Assembly: GCA_963674735.2 (NCBI GenBank)
Contig: CAXXQS010000002.1
Coordinates: 1,472,001 to 1,536,000, forward strand
Origin: Myxococcota bacterium
GTDB lineage: Bacteria; Myxococcota_A; SURF-8
Direction of reading: 5' to 3'
DNA length: 64,000 bases
Below, in pieces: positions 38,081-48,306 of the stretch. Each line of letters begins with the position of its first letter. The stretch's first letter is position 1. The notes beneath the pieces were generated by a model that worked only from the letters and a program-made list of their open reading frames with translations, did no database searches and was not told where the DNA came from. The position numbers were made by a program, and so were the translations under genes.

Positions 38081-39524
38081 GCGACGGACGTCGCGTGCGG
38101 GCTGGCTCGTGCGGCTGCTGGTGCTGGGTTGTCTGAGCCTGTGGGGGGCTGCGGCTCTGGCCGAGCAACCGCTCCCGGTCGCTTCGACCCCATCGGAGAC
38201 GCTGGCGTCCGCCGTTCCCGAATCGGCTCCCCCCGAACCGGCTGCGGTTTCGTCGTCCCCTGAAACATCGGCTGCATCCATGCCCGCTGCGGCTCCCGTG
38301 GCGGATCGACCCGCCGAGGCTGCCGAGATGTCTTCCGGTGCCGAGGATTACAAGCAGCTCATCCGGGACAACGACGTCTATCTCATGTCGCCCGAAATGT
38401 GGACGGCCTTTCAACGTTATACCGCCGGGGAGATCTACGATTTCGACGGCGAACTCGATCGGATTCTGGTGAAGCGCCCCTATCTCTTTTCGGCGCATTT
38501 CTGGTCGGGGCTGGTGAAAGTGCGCCGGGTGATGATCGCGCCGGGTCTGCATGAATACGACCAGGCGATTCAAGACCGATTCGGCACCTGCATCGAAAAG
38601 GCTCGGCGAGCCGGAAAAACCAAGCAGTTTCACACGGCCGGAATGTTTTACGAAATGATGTGCGAGGCGGGGCTGGGCATGTACAACGGCATCCGCGGCA
38701 ATTATTTGAAAGCGCATGGAAACGGGCGGCGCGGAATGGAGCTTCTGGACAAGGTGCTCAAGGCGCGTCCCAACCTGCACGCGGCGCTGCTGGTCAAGGG
38801 AATGTATAATTTCTACACCGGACGTTTCGGTGTCATGACCCGCTTGTTGATGCGCCTGATGGGCATGACGCCCGGCGACAAGGTCGAGGGCCTGCGCCAG
38901 ATCACCCGCGCCATTGAAGAAGACAGTCCGGTGCATTACTTCACCGGGATCTATGCCGTCTACGCCTTCGCGCCGCTCGCCAGCCAGCGCACGCGTGCGT
39001 TACGCGTCGCCGAAGAGATGGTCAAGCGCTATCCCAACAATTATTACCCCTATCTGCTGCGCGGGTACGTATACGAGAAAAAGGGGAAATTCAAGAAAGC
39101 GCGCACCAACTACCGGCAGGGCCGTCGGCTCTTGAAGGGTCCGCCCGAAGCCTACAAAGACATCATCCATGTTTCGGACATCTTCTTGCTGGACGTGCGC
39201 ATTCACTTCATTACGGCGCTTTACGATCGTGACGACGACTCGCTGCGCTGGCTGCAGCGCTGGGGCAACAACCGGCAGGCGCGTTACGCCGACGCGCCGC
39301 TGATCGCCAACATGTACCTCGGACATCTTTACAGCTATGCAAGGCTGGACGAGCAGTCGCTTAAGTTCTATAAGAAGATGCAGTCTTTTCCAGACGCGGA
39401 ATGGATGAAGGATCTCGGCAAGAAGTACGAAAAGCTGCCGATGCGCCGGCGGCGGCCGAAATCCAAGAAAATCACCGGCCCGCTTAAACCCTGGTTGCTC
39501 AAGCATCCGGAAATCAAGGCTTGA
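38034..39524 (+). CDS. Exported TPR-like helical-repeat protein
   Basis: Signal-like hydrophobic stretch, Pro/Ala linker, helical repeats (GMYNFY...GDKVEGL). Start uncertain. Confidence 0.65.
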   Translation: MSIATIFSNSSAAPLKRRTSRAGWLVRLLVLGCLSLWGAAALAEQPLPVASTPSETLASAVPESAPPEPAAVSSSPETSAASMPAAAPVADRPAEAAEMSSGAEDYKQLIRDNDVYLMSPEMWTAFQRYTAGEIYDFDGELDRILVKRPYLFSAHFWSGLVKVRRVMIAPGLHEYDQAIQDRFGTCIEKARRAGKTKQFHTAGMFYEMMCEAGLGMYNGIRGNYLKAHGNGRRGMELLDKVLKARPNLHAALLVKGMYNFYTGRFGVMTRLLMRLMGMTPGDKVEGLRQITRAIEEDSPVHYFTGIYAVYAFAPLASQRTRALRVAEEMVKRYPNNYYPYLLRGYVYEKKGKFKKARTNYRQGRRLLKGPPEAYKDIIHVSDIFLLDVRIHFITALYDRDDDSLRWLQRWGNNRQARYADAPLIANMYLGHLYSYARLDEQSLKFYKKMQSFPDAEWMKDLGKKYEKLPMRRRRPKSKKITGPLKPWLLKHPEIKA

Positions 39525-39537
39525 AGGAGAGCGCGTT

Positions 39538-42006
39538 ATGTCTTCCCGTTCGTTTGTCCCGGTTGCGTGGTTGATGCTGTTGATGGTGGGGGTGTGGGCC
39601 TGCTCCTCGGGGAACTCCGAGCCGCCCGCCGGGGATGAGGACTATGGGCCGTACTCCGAATACGAAATCGAGGAAGAAGATTTCGTCGACGGCGATCAGG
39701 ACGATGTCGAGTGGGATCGCTGGGAGCCGGGGACGATTTCCTATCCCAGTGTGGCCGATACGCCCTTCAAACAATGGCGCGCCCGTACCTTTTCGAGCGC
39801 CGACATGACCGACCCGCCGCAGAATGTCCGCCGGGTGTTGTCGTGGGTCGGCGGCGGCGCTTATATCGGCGCGGAAAACGGCTTGTACTACTGGGATACG
39901 GAGGCGGAGACGCTTACGAAGCTCGATCCGCCGGCGGGCGTGACCGATTTCCAGATCCTCGATCTGGAGCGCGGTTACGACAACACGCTGTATATTCTGG
40001 CCGTCAGCAACATCTCCTCCTACCTCTACAGCTTGCGTTATCAGAATCAGATCGAGATCGAAACGGATTGCCTGCTGGGTCACACTCCCACCTCTCTGAC
40101 TTCCAAGGGAACCTCCCACCTGCTGTACATCGGCACCACCGGCGGCGTTTACGAGTTCAACAACACCGAGTGCTTCCGCAAAGCCAACTATCCCGAAGGC
40201 TACGTGGTGGACTTCGTGGCCGATGAGGAGAACCGGGTGGCGGTGATGTCGCGCCTGGAAGGGCAAGGCGACACCCTGCACCTGTTCAACCAGAACCAGT
40301 GGTTTACCTTCGATAAAAGCTCCGGCCTGCTCGACGCGCGGCCGACGTCCCTGGCTTTCTACAGCGACGATGTTTCCGAGCGCGATGAATTGTGGATTGC
40401 CTACGATGACGGCTTGCAGGTGATGAACGTCCCGCGGCGCACGTTTACGAGTTATCGGGGCGCGCCCTGCGACGACGGCGGCTATGCCGAAGGCTGTGGA
40501 TTGCCCTGGAGCGATATCGGGCAGATTGCGGTTGCTCCCGATGGGGTGGTCTGGGCCTCGACCGAAAAGGCCGCGTTGCGCATCGCCAGCGACGGCGAGG
40601 TGGGACGCAAAGCTTTTTACAGCCACCGCTGGTTGCTCGACGATGCGGTGCTGAGCGTCGGTTTCGACAGTGCCGGAAGCGTGTGGCTCGGGCATGCGGA
40701 CGGACTGACGCAGCTGCGAACGGAGGACTGGACGCTGGCCGGTAAAGCGGCGCATTTCCGCTCGATTCTGACGGAACGGCACCTGCGGCCGGTGGGCGAC
40801 AGCAGCGGTGGATTTTCCGCCCGTTGCAGCTTGGCGAATCCCGGCGATACCTCCGCGTGTGACGTGTGGCGCGAAGCCGATGAATCCTTGTGGACCGGCA
40901 TGTACGCTTTGGCCGAACTGTTCCGGCTGGGAGCGTCGCAGGATCAGGACGTAAAGGAGGAATCCCGTCAGGCGGCTAAAGGCGCGGCGGCGCTTGTTCG
41001 CGAGTTGGAGCGGGCTACCCAGGTCGACGGGCTTCCGGCGCGTTCCATCGTTCCGCGCGATTACTGGACGCCGGGCGATCCGGAGGCGGAAGGCTGGAAT
41101 CGTTCCGATACGCATTGGTGGCTTGGCGATACCGGTTCCGATTCCATCGTGGGGCACGTGCTGCTTAGCGGCTTTTACTACGATATCATCTTCGACGAGG
41201 CCGAGAAGAGCGCCACGGCTGAAACTCTGGGACGCATCGCCGCCTATATTCAGGCCAACGGCTGGCGCTTGATCGATATCACCGGCGATCCCACCAGCTC
41301 GGGGCACTGGGAAGACGAGTGGGTGACCGGTACCAAGGGGATTGATGGCGGCGGCGGGCTTAGCGCCTTGCAGCTTCTGGCGCTGTTGCGGGTCGCCTAT
41401 CATGTTACCGGCGATGAAAACGTCTTCGAGGCCTACATCGAGCGGGCCCACGATGCCGAGTATGCCCAGATGACGCGCCATCAGAAAACGCTGACCAGTC
41501 AGCGCGAGAGCAATCATTCCGACGACCAGCTGGCCTTTTTGTCCTACCTGTCGCTGTTGCGCTATGCCGATATCGTGGACTTCCGCGACATATACATGGC
41601 GTCGCTGCAAGAGGCGTTCGCCGCCGACCGGCCCGAAAGCTCGGCGCTGTTCAATCTGATCACCGGCGTCTATACGTATGATGCTTTCGATCTGGAAGAA
41701 GCGGTGGCTCTGTTGCAGGATGCGCCCCTGGATTTGATCGATTGGCGCGTGGATACCTGCTGGCGCATGGATGTGACGGTGGATGCGCAGCCGGATCGCG
41801 AGGGCAAACGTCAACTGACCACCGTGCTGCCGCTGTCGGAACGCAAGCTGATGCGCTGGGACGCCAACCCCTACACCTGCGAATGGGCCGACAACACGGA
41901 CGATCCGCTGGGCGGCTGGTCGGAAGACGACGGGGTTTACTGGCTGCTTCCCTACTGGCTGGGGCGCTACTATCACATGATCGACGCCCCGGCGACGGTC
42001 GAATAG
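39538..42006 (+). CDS. Lipoprotein with beta-propeller and putative (alpha/alpha)-barrel domain
   Basis: Lipobox VWA-C, DGD linker, propeller blades (YIGAENGL, VWLGHADGL), C-terminal 'ESLWTGMY..WLGDTGSDSIVGH..WLLPYWLGRYY'. Confidence 0.7.
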   Translation: MSSRSFVPVAWLMLLMVGVWACSSGNSEPPAGDEDYGPYSEYEIEEEDFVDGDQDDVEWDRWEPGTISYPSVADTPFKQWRARTFSSADMTDPPQNVRRVLSWVGGGAYIGAENGLYYWDTEAETLTKLDPPAGVTDFQILDLERGYDNTLYILAVSNISSYLYSLRYQNQIEIETDCLLGHTPTSLTSKGTSHLLYIGTTGGVYEFNNTECFRKANYPEGYVVDFVADEENRVAVMSRLEGQGDTLHLFNQNQWFTFDKSSGLLDARPTSLAFYSDDVSERDELWIAYDDGLQVMNVPRRTFTSYRGAPCDDGGYAEGCGLPWSDIGQIAVAPDGVVWASTEKAALRIASDGEVGRKAFYSHRWLLDDAVLSVGFDSAGSVWLGHADGLTQLRTEDWTLAGKAAHFRSILTERHLRPVGDSSGGFSARCSLANPGDTSACDVWREADESLWTGMYALAELFRLGASQDQDVKEESRQAAKGAAALVRELERATQVDGLPARSIVPRDYWTPGDPEAEGWNRSDTHWWLGDTGSDSIVGHVLLSGFYYDIIFDEAEKSATAETLGRIAAYIQANGWRLIDITGDPTSSGHWEDEWVTGTKGIDGGGGLSALQLLALLRVAYHVTGDENVFEAYIERAHDAEYAQMTRHQKTLTSQRESNHSDDQLAFLSYLSLLRYADIVDFRDIYMASLQEAFAADRPESSALFNLITGVYTYDAFDLEEAVALLQDAPLDLIDWRVDTCWRMDVTVDAQPDREGKRQLTTVLPLSERKLMRWDANPYTCEWADNTDDPLGGWSEDDGVYWLLPYWLGRYYHMIDAPATVE

Positions 42007-42015
42007 CGGAAAGAA

Positions 42016-42648
42016 TCAGACCGGATTTCGCTCCAGGCGGTCGATCAGCGGAATCAGCTGCGACAGATCGGCAATCTGTTCATCGCCCATGTCCGGGGTG
42101 GCGCGGTCGCCCACGATCACCGAGCGGCAGCCGATATTGGCCGCGGTTTCCACGTCCACATAACTATCGCCCACCAGAAGCGTTTCGTCTTTCGTAACCC
42201 CGAGTGTGTCGAAAATCGTCTGCATCACCTGCGGATGCGGCTTGCAATTCTCCAGGCTGAAGGCATGCAGGACGATTTCGAAGTAGCCGTCGAGCTTGAA
42301 GCGTTCGAGCACTTTCGGCGTGGTCCAGCCGCGATTGGTGGCCACGGCCAGCTTGAAGCGACCGTGCAGGGCCTCGATCGTCTCGGTGACGTAGGGCTTG
42401 AGCGTGATGAGACGGATGTGCTCGGTGGCATCCCATTCGTCGGCGAAGCGTTTGGCCTCGGCCAGCTTCTGCGGGTCGGGGATCAGGCGTTCCAGAAAGC
42501 CTTTCATGGGGGCCGTGTAAAACAGCTCCTGCTTATCCTCGGGAAAATCGATTTTCAGATGGGCGAAGAGTTTACGATGGTAATCGAGGATGGCTTCTTT
42601 CGAGCCGATCAGAGTCTCGTCGAGATCGAAGACGATGGCTTTGAGCAT
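42016..42648 (-). CDS. HAD-family hydrolase
   Basis: FDLDETL, VATN, KPHP, VGDSYVD; start reassigned to the ATG after GAAGGA. Confidence 0.9.
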   Translation of the reverse strand: MLKAIVFDLDETLIGSKEAILDYHRKLFAHLKIDFPEDKQELFYTAPMKGFLERLIPDPQKLAEAKRFADEWDATEHIRLITLKPYVTETIEALHGRFKLAVATNRGWTTPKVLERFKLDGYFEIVLHAFSLENCKPHPQVMQTIFDTLGVTKDETLLVGDSYVDVETAANIGCRSVIVGDRATPDMGDEQIADLSQLIPLIDRLERNPV

Positions 42649-42804
42649 CGCGTGTCCTTCCGCTTGCGTGTCGTGACTGTCCGATTCCCGGTCAAACCGG
42701 GTGGCCCAGTCATAACGGGACAGGGGAAGCTTGTCAAGTGGGGGTTCGGTTCTCATCGGGCGTTTCAATTCTGATTGAGTCTCGAATCATCTTCGATCGA
42801 TGAT

Positions 42805-42880
42805 GGGTGGCACGGGCGAAACCGTCAGGTTTGCCCGTGAAAACAGCATGGGCAAGCCAAAGGCTTGGCCCATGGCACCC
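42805..42880. repeat. REPIN-like doublet palindrome, copy 2
   Basis: GGGTGGCACGGGC..GCCCGTG-aaaacag-CATGGGC..GCCCATGGCACCC. Confidence 0.75.
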
Positions 42881-42981
42881 CGTAAACCGAATGATAGTGG
42901 GTGGAAAACAGTGACAAGCTTAGAAGTGAAACGCCGTGTCGGTTCTCACCGAATTTTAAATGGCGGCGGTCATTTTTTCGC

Positions 42982-43010
42982 TTGACTATTTTGCCAATAT
43001 GCCAAATACT
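42982..43010 (+). promoter_or_regulatory. ars promoter with an overlapping ArsR-type operator
   Basis: TTGACT-17 nt-AATACT; imperfect inverted repeat (tttgcc-aatat-gccaaa) in the spacer; ATG follows 6 nt after the -10 hexamer. Confidence 0.6.
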
Positions 43011-43016
43011 GGCGGC

Positions 43017-43328
43017 ATGACATGTTGCGATTTGAAAAAGACGCGGGAAGATTTCAAACAACAGGCGCGGATTCACAAGGCGCTGGCCAACGAGGCGCGC
43101 CTGCTGATCGTCGATCGCCTGAAGGATTGCGAGTGCGCGGTCGGTGAACTGGCGGGCGCGGTGGGACTCGATATCTCGACCGTCTCCAAGCATCTGTCCG
43201 TTTTACTGAACGCCGGAATCGTTGAAAACCGCAAAAACGGCAATACGGTTTGGTATCGGTTGCTGACGCCTTGTGTTCTGGACATGTTCGCCTGCACCGA
43301 AAAGGTGCTGAAGGACCGCGCCGGATAG
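43017..43328 (+). CDS. arsR: ArsR/SmtB repressor
   Basis: KALANEARLLI, STVSKHLSVL..AGIV...K.G..VWY; Cys at both termini; heads the ars operon. Confidence 0.93.
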   Translation: MTCCDLKKTREDFKQQARIHKALANEARLLIVDRLKDCECAVGELAGAVGLDISTVSKHLSVLLNAGIVENRKNGNTVWYRLLTPCVLDMFACTEKVLKDRAG

Positions 43329-43352
43329 TCTTCCCTTCCTGGAGAAAACACC

Positions 43353-44441
43353 ATGACCGAACAACCAGGCGTTGTTGGACGGCTATCGTTTTTGGACCGC
43401 TACCTCACTCTGTGGATCTTCCTCGCCATGCTCGTCGGCGTGGGCGGCGGCTGGCTGTGGCCGGGTGTCGTGCCGTTTCTGAACAAATTCAACGTCGGCA
43501 CGACCAATCTTCCCATCGCCATCGGCCTGATTCTGATGATGTACCCGCCGTTGGCCAAGGTGAAATACGAAGAGCTTCCGCGCGTTTTCAAGAATTTCAA
43601 AGTACTGGGACTTTCTCTCGTGCAGAACTGGGTGATCGGACCCATCCTGATGTTTCTGTTGGCTATTATCTTTCTGCCCGACAAACCGGAATATATGGTT
43701 GGCCTGATCCTGATCGGGTTGGCACGCTGTATCGCGATGGTCATCGTCTGGAACGATCTGGCCAAAGGCGACACCGAATACTGCGCCGGGTTGGTCGCTT
43801 TCAACTCCATCTTCCAGGTGCTCTTCTTCTCCGTCTACGCCTATGTCTTCATCACGGTGCTGCCGGGCTGGTTTGGGCTTGAGGGCGTGGCGGTGGCCAT
43901 CACCATCGGCCAGATCGCCGAGAGCGTCTTCATCTACCTCGGTATTCCGTTCATTGCCGGTGTGCTGACGCGCTTTATTTTGATCCGGGTGAAGAACAAG
44001 GACTGGTATCACACGGTCTTCATCCCCAAAATCAGCCCCATCACCCTGATTGCGCTCTTATTCACCATCGTGGTGATGTTCAGCTTCAAGGGTGAGACGA
44101 TCATCCAGCTTCCGCTGGACGTGGTTCGCATCGCCATTCCGTTGCTTTTCTACTTTGTCATCATGTTCGTTGTCTCGTTCTTCCTCTCGAAAAAAGTGGG
44201 CGCGGACTATGGCCAGAGCACGACGCTCAGCTTCACCGCAGCCAGCAACAACTTTGAATTGGCCATCGCGGTGGCCGTCGCCACCTTCGGCATCGGCCAC
44301 GGCGCGGCCTTCGCGGCGGTGATCGGCCCGCTGGTGGAAGTGCCGGTGCTGATCGGGCTGGTCAACGTCGCCCTCTGGCTGGGTCGTAAGTACTGGCCGC
44401 AGCTGAAACACGCCCAAAGCTGCAAGGAGTCAACTCCATGA
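43353..44441 (+). CDS. acr3: ACR3 arsenite efflux transporter
   Basis: [51 protein letters not shown]. Confidence 0.97.
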   Translation: MTEQPGVVGRLSFLDRYLTLWIFLAMLVGVGGGWLWPGVVPFLNKFNVGTTNLPIAIGLILMMYPPLAKVKYEELPRVFKNFKVLGLSLVQNWVIGPILMFLLAIIFLPDKPEYMVGLILIGLARCIAMVIVWNDLAKGDTEYCAGLVAFNSIFQVLFFSVYAYVFITVLPGWFGLEGVAVAITIGQIAESVFIYLGIPFIAGVLTRFILIRVKNKDWYHTVFIPKISPITLIALLFTIVVMFSFKGETIIQLPLDVVRIAIPLLFYFVIMFVVSFFLSKKVGADYGQSTTLSFTAASNNFELAIAVAVATFGIGHGAAFAAVIGPLVEVPVLIGLVNVALWLGRKYWPQLKHAQSCKESTP

Positions 44442-45286
44442 GCGACAAAGACACGATCCGCAAACAGGTTTCCGAGTTTTACACCCGGAGCGTTGAAACG
44501 GGCTGCGGTTGCGGTCCGGGATGCTGTGGGCCGACCTTGCCCCAGGGTATCGCCGTCATTCAGGCCGGATACGGCACAGACGAAACCACCGGATTGCCCG
44601 AGGACGCCGTGAAAAATTCTTTCGGCTGCGGCAATCCGCTGGCCTTCAGCGAGGTGACCGAAGGACAAACCGTGCTCGACCTCGGCTCGGGAGCGGGCAT
44701 CGATCTGCTGATCGCGGCGAAGAAAGTCGGTCCCACAGGCAGAGTCATCGGCGTGGATATGACGGACGAGATGATCGCCCACGCCCGCAGGAACATCGCC
44801 GCCGCCGGAGTGGAGAACGTCGAGTTGCGCAAGGGCGTCATCGAGGAGTTGCCCGTTGAGGACGCCTCGATAGACTGGGTGATCTCAAACTGCGTCATCA
44901 ATCTCTCGCCCGACAAAGATGCTGTCTTCGCCGAAATCGCCCGTGTGCTCAAGCCGGGTGGCCGCATCAGTATTTCGGACATCGTGGCGGACGATTTGCC
45001 CGACTGGTTGCGCCAAAGCGCGGCGATGTACGGCGCTTGCGTGGCGGGGGCCGTTTCGGAAACCGCGTATGTGGACGGTCTGCGCCGAGCGGGCTTGACG
45101 GATGTGGAGGTGACGGAGCGGTTGGTCTATGACGCCGCGCAGATTCACGCCCTGGTGGCGTCCGAGGTTCCGACCGATGGCGGCGGATGCTGCGGCGAGT
45201 CGATTCCGCAGGATGTCGTGAAAAATGCGGCAGTCCAGGTTGCGGGCAAGGTCTGGAGCGCCAAGTTCGCCGGACGAAAAGGGTGA
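44438..45286 (+). CDS. arsM: Arsenite S-adenosylmethionine methyltransferase
   Basis: [32 protein letters not shown]. Confidence 0.93.
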   Translation: MSDKDTIRKQVSEFYTRSVETGCGCGPGCCGPTLPQGIAVIQAGYGTDETTGLPEDAVKNSFGCGNPLAFSEVTEGQTVLDLGSGAGIDLLIAAKKVGPTGRVIGVDMTDEMIAHARRNIAAAGVENVELRKGVIEELPVEDASIDWVISNCVINLSPDKDAVFAEIARVLKPGGRISISDIVADDLPDWLRQSAAMYGACVAGAVSETAYVDGLRRAGLTDVEVTERLVYDAAQIHALVASEVPTDGGGCCGESIPQDVVKNAAVQVAGKVWSAKFAGRKG

Positions 45287-45295
45287 GGTCACATC

Positions 45296-45754
45296 ATGAC
45301 TCATGAAACATGGATGGACGAAGCGCGCCAGGTCGCCGCGCTGAAACCGAAGAAACTGCTCTTCATGTGTGTGCAGAATTCGGCCCGCAGCCAGTTGGCC
45401 GAGGCCATCGCCCGCCATCTCGCCTCGCCCGGCGTGACGGTTTTATCGGCGGGCTCCGAACCGGCCTTTGTGCGTCCGCAGGCGGTGCAGGTATTGGAAG
45501 AAGCCGGGATTTCCACACAAGGGCTGGTTTCCAAAGCCGTAGACGACATTGACACGACGGGAGTGGAGGTGGTCGTGACGCTATGCGCCGACGAAGTCTG
45601 TCCCGCCTACCTGGGGACGGTCCAACGTTTGCACTGGGGACTGTCGGATCCGGCCAAGGTGGAACCGGCGGATAAAAAACGCGATGCGTTCCGCGCGGTT
45701 CGCGATGAATTGATCGAACGCCTCACGGTCATGCTGGCCTATACAGTGGAGTAG
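45296..45754 (+). CDS. arsC: Arsenate reductase (LMW-PTP fold)
   Basis: CVQNSARSQLAE, VVTLC..EVCP, HWGLSDP. Confidence 0.93.
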   Translation: MTHETWMDEARQVAALKPKKLLFMCVQNSARSQLAEAIARHLASPGVTVLSAGSEPAFVRPQAVQVLEEAGISTQGLVSKAVDDIDTTGVEVVVTLCADEVCPAYLGTVQRLHWGLSDPAKVEPADKKRDAFRAVRDELIERLTVMLAYTVE

Positions 45755-45756
45755 CC

Positions 45757-46926
45757 ATGTCCGAACGGAAAGCTTTTGTTTTGTTTGCGGCTGTTTTCGC
45801 CGTCTTCTGGTTTCTGCCGCTCGATTCCGAGCGGGTCGCCGGGGCGCTCTTCGAAGCCTTCGCCCTCACCCAGTGGTACGCCCGCGAGCACGTCATTCTA
45901 TGCCTGATTCCGGCCTTTTTCATCGCCGGGGCCATCGCCACCTTCGTTTCGCAAAACGCGGTGATGAAATACTTGGGCGCCCAGGCGAAGCGCGGGGTGG
46001 CCTACGGGGTCGCAGCCAGTTCGGGAACGATTCTCGCCGTTTGCTCCTGTACGGTGCTGCCGCTGTTTGCCGGTATCTACGCGCGCGGTGCGGGACTGGG
46101 TCCGGCCACCACCTTTTTATATGCGGGTCCGGCCATCAACGTGCTGGCCATCATTCTCACGGCGCGTGTCCTCGGCCCCGAAATCGGAATCGCGCGGGCC
46201 GTCGGCGCAGTGGTCTTTTCGGTCGTCATCGGCCTGATCATGGCGTTTATCTTCCGTCGGGAAGAGGCCGAAAAGCGCGCCGCTTTACCCGCCATGCCGG
46301 AAGACGAAACGATGCGTTCGCCCGGTCAGGATATCGTGTATTTCGCGCTCATGATCGGCATTCTGGTTTTCGCCAACTGGGGAAAGCCGCAGGACGGCGA
46401 CGCAGGCCTGTGGGGCGTGATTTACGCCGCCAAGTGGTGGATCACGGGGGGACTCTCCGCCTTTTTGGCCGCCGTCATCTGGCGCTGGTTCAAGCGGGAG
46501 GAACTGAAAACCTGGGCCGCCTCCAGCTGGGAGTACGCCCGTTTGATTCTACCGCTGTTGTTCGCGGGCGTTCTGGTCGCCGGATTTTTATTGGGGCGTC
46601 CGGGGCATGCGGGCATCATCCCCAGCGACTGGGTCGCGAGCCTCGTGGGCGGAAACTCGTTATGGGCCAACCTCTTTGCCTCGGCGGTCGGCGCGTTCAT
46701 GTACTTCGCCACGCTCACCGAAGTCCCGATTTTGGAAGGGCTGATCGGCGCGGGGATGGGCAAGGGTCCGGCCTTGGCGCTCCTGTTGGCGGGTCCGGCG
46801 CTGTCGCTGCCGAACATGCTGGTGATCCGGGGCGTTTTGGGGACGAAGAAAACGGGGGTCTACATTCTGCTCGTCATTCTCATGGCGACTTTGAGTGGCT
46901 GGCTGTACGGCGCGTTGTTCGGCTGA
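45757..46926 (+). CDS. arsP: ArsP-type (DUF318) permease
   Basis: EHVILCLIPAFFIAG, AVCSCTVLPLF, FMYFATLTEVP, GPALSLP. Confidence 0.88.
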   Translation: MSERKAFVLFAAVFAVFWFLPLDSERVAGALFEAFALTQWYAREHVILCLIPAFFIAGAIATFVSQNAVMKYLGAQAKRGVAYGVAASSGTILAVCSCTVLPLFAGIYARGAGLGPATTFLYAGPAINVLAIILTARVLGPEIGIARAVGAVVFSVVIGLIMAFIFRREEAEKRAALPAMPEDETMRSPGQDIVYFALMIGILVFANWGKPQDGDAGLWGVIYAAKWWITGGLSAFLAAVIWRWFKREELKTWAASSWEYARLILPLLFAGVLVAGFLLGRPGHAGIIPSDWVASLVGGNSLWANLFASAVGAFMYFATLTEVPILEGLIGAGMGKGPALALLLAGPALSLPNMLVIRGVLGTKKTGVYILLVILMATLSGWLYGALFG

Positions 46927-47014
46927 CGATCCGAGCTCGGGGCTATTCGCGTTACGAGCGGTCGTTGTTCGTGGACCCCGATGGTGCAAATGAAATATTC
47001 GGGCGAGGAGACGC

Positions 47015-47515
47015 ATGAAAGACATTACCTTCACTCCCATCGGTATCGTTCACTCTCCCCTGACCGATCCGCGTGACGCGCCGATTCAGGCGGCCTACGC
47101 CGAGGCGGTCGAAGGACGGATCGAAATCGACGCGGCCTTCACAGACGGCCTGGATTCCCTCGCGGGATTCGATCGCATCTGGGTGCTGTATCACTGCCAC
47201 CGTTCAAGCGGTTACAAGCTGCGCGTCGTTCCCTACCTCGATACCGTCGAGCATGGGGTTTTCGCCACCCGCGCACCCCGCAGGCCCAACGCCATCGGGC
47301 TCTCCTGCCTGCGGCTTTTGTCCATCGACGGACCGATCCTGCGTGTGGCCGGGCTGGACATTCTGGACCGGACACCGGTGCTCGACATCAAACCCTACAT
47401 TCCCATGGCCGATCATTTCGAGGTTTCCCGCTGCGGCTGGCTGGATCAGGTTGCGGATATGGACCGGCGAGCGGATCGGCGCTTTCACAAAGACTCACCC
47501 GACGAGAAAGGTTGA
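47015..47515 (+). CDS. tsaA: TrmO/TsaA-family SAM-binding protein
   Basis: PIGIVHS, GVFATRAPRRPNAIGLS, LDILDRTPVLDIKPY. Confidence 0.9.
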   Translation: MKDITFTPIGIVHSPLTDPRDAPIQAAYAEAVEGRIEIDAAFTDGLDSLAGFDRIWVLYHCHRSSGYKLRVVPYLDTVEHGVFATRAPRRPNAIGLSCLRLLSIDGPILRVAGLDILDRTPVLDIKPYIPMADHFEVSRCGWLDQVADMDRRADRRFHKDSPDEKG

Positions 47516-47518
47516 CTC

Positions 47519-47752
47519 ATGAAGAAAATCGAGATCCTGGGCACCGGCTGCCCCAAATGCAAAAAGCTGTTCGAATTGACTCAAAAAGTGGTGGCGGATC
47601 ACGCGCTGGATGCCGAGGTGGTGAAAATCGAGGACATCCAGGAAATCGTCGCCAAGGGCATCATGATGACGCCGGGGCTGGTGGTGGATGGCGAGGTGAA
47701 GAGTGTCGGCAAGCTGCCGTCCGAGGCGGATCTGCTGAAATTGATCGGCTAA
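47519..47752 (+). CDS. Small redox-active disulfide protein (thioredoxin_3 type)
   Basis: IEILGTGCPKC, GIMMTPGLVVDGEVK. Confidence 0.92.
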   Translation: MKKIEILGTGCPKCKKLFELTQKVVADHALDAEVVKIEDIQEIVAKGIMMTPGLVVDGEVKSVGKLPSEADLLKLIG

Positions 47753-47757
47753 CGATT

Positions 47758-48306
47758 ATGCGAAAGGTGCAATCGATGCATGCGAGACTGATAGGACTGT
47801 TATTCGTTGGGTTGTTTGCCTGGATTCTGCTTGCCTGCGAGGCGGCGGTCCCGCCCGCTCCGGCCACCCCGGTAGGGCAGGCCACGCAGGCCGCGCAGGC
47901 CACGCAGGCAAAAACCCCAGCCGAAACATCTGCCCAGGCCGTCGCCAAGACCCCGCCGGAGGTTCTTCCCGACAAAGTGGTGGTGTACTATTTCCACGGC
48001 GATGTCCGCTGTCACACCTGCACCACCCTGGAAGCCCTCGCCGATCAGGCGATCAAGCAGCACTTCGCCGACGAACTGGCCTCCGGTTTTTTGGAATGGA
48101 AGGTCGTGAACACCGACCGGGAAGCGAACCGGCATTTCGTCGACGACTATCAACTCTATACCAAATCGCTGGTCGTCTCGGCGTTGAAGGACGGTAAGCA
48201 GATCAAGTGGAAAAACTGCGCGAAAATCTGGGAGCTTGTCCGCACGCCGCCGGATTATGAACGCTATGTGGTGGCCGAAATCCGCGCTTACCTGGACGGC
48301 GTGTGA
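47758..48306 (+). CDS. ArsF-family thioredoxin-like lipoprotein
   Basis: Lipobox ILLA-C, VVVYYFHGDVRCHTC, WKNCAKIWEL; position upstream of an ArsG-like gene. Confidence 0.8.
   Translation: MRKVQSMHARLIGLLFVGLFAWILLACEAAVPPAPATPVGQATQAAQATQAKTPAETSAQAVAKTPPEVLPDKVVVYYFHGDVRCHTCTTLEALADQAIKQHFADELASGFLEWKVVNTDREANRHFVDDYQLYTKSLVVSALKDGKQIKWKNCAKIWELVRTPPDYERYVVAEIRAYLDGV

Noticed and set aside
47513-47521. In-frame TGA-CTC-ATG between tsaA and the small thioredoxin (readthrough or selenocysteine fusion)
   Set aside because: The downstream gene has its own ATG and purine-rich upstream sequence; no SECIS-like hairpin was recognised and the TGA is not at a catalytic position.
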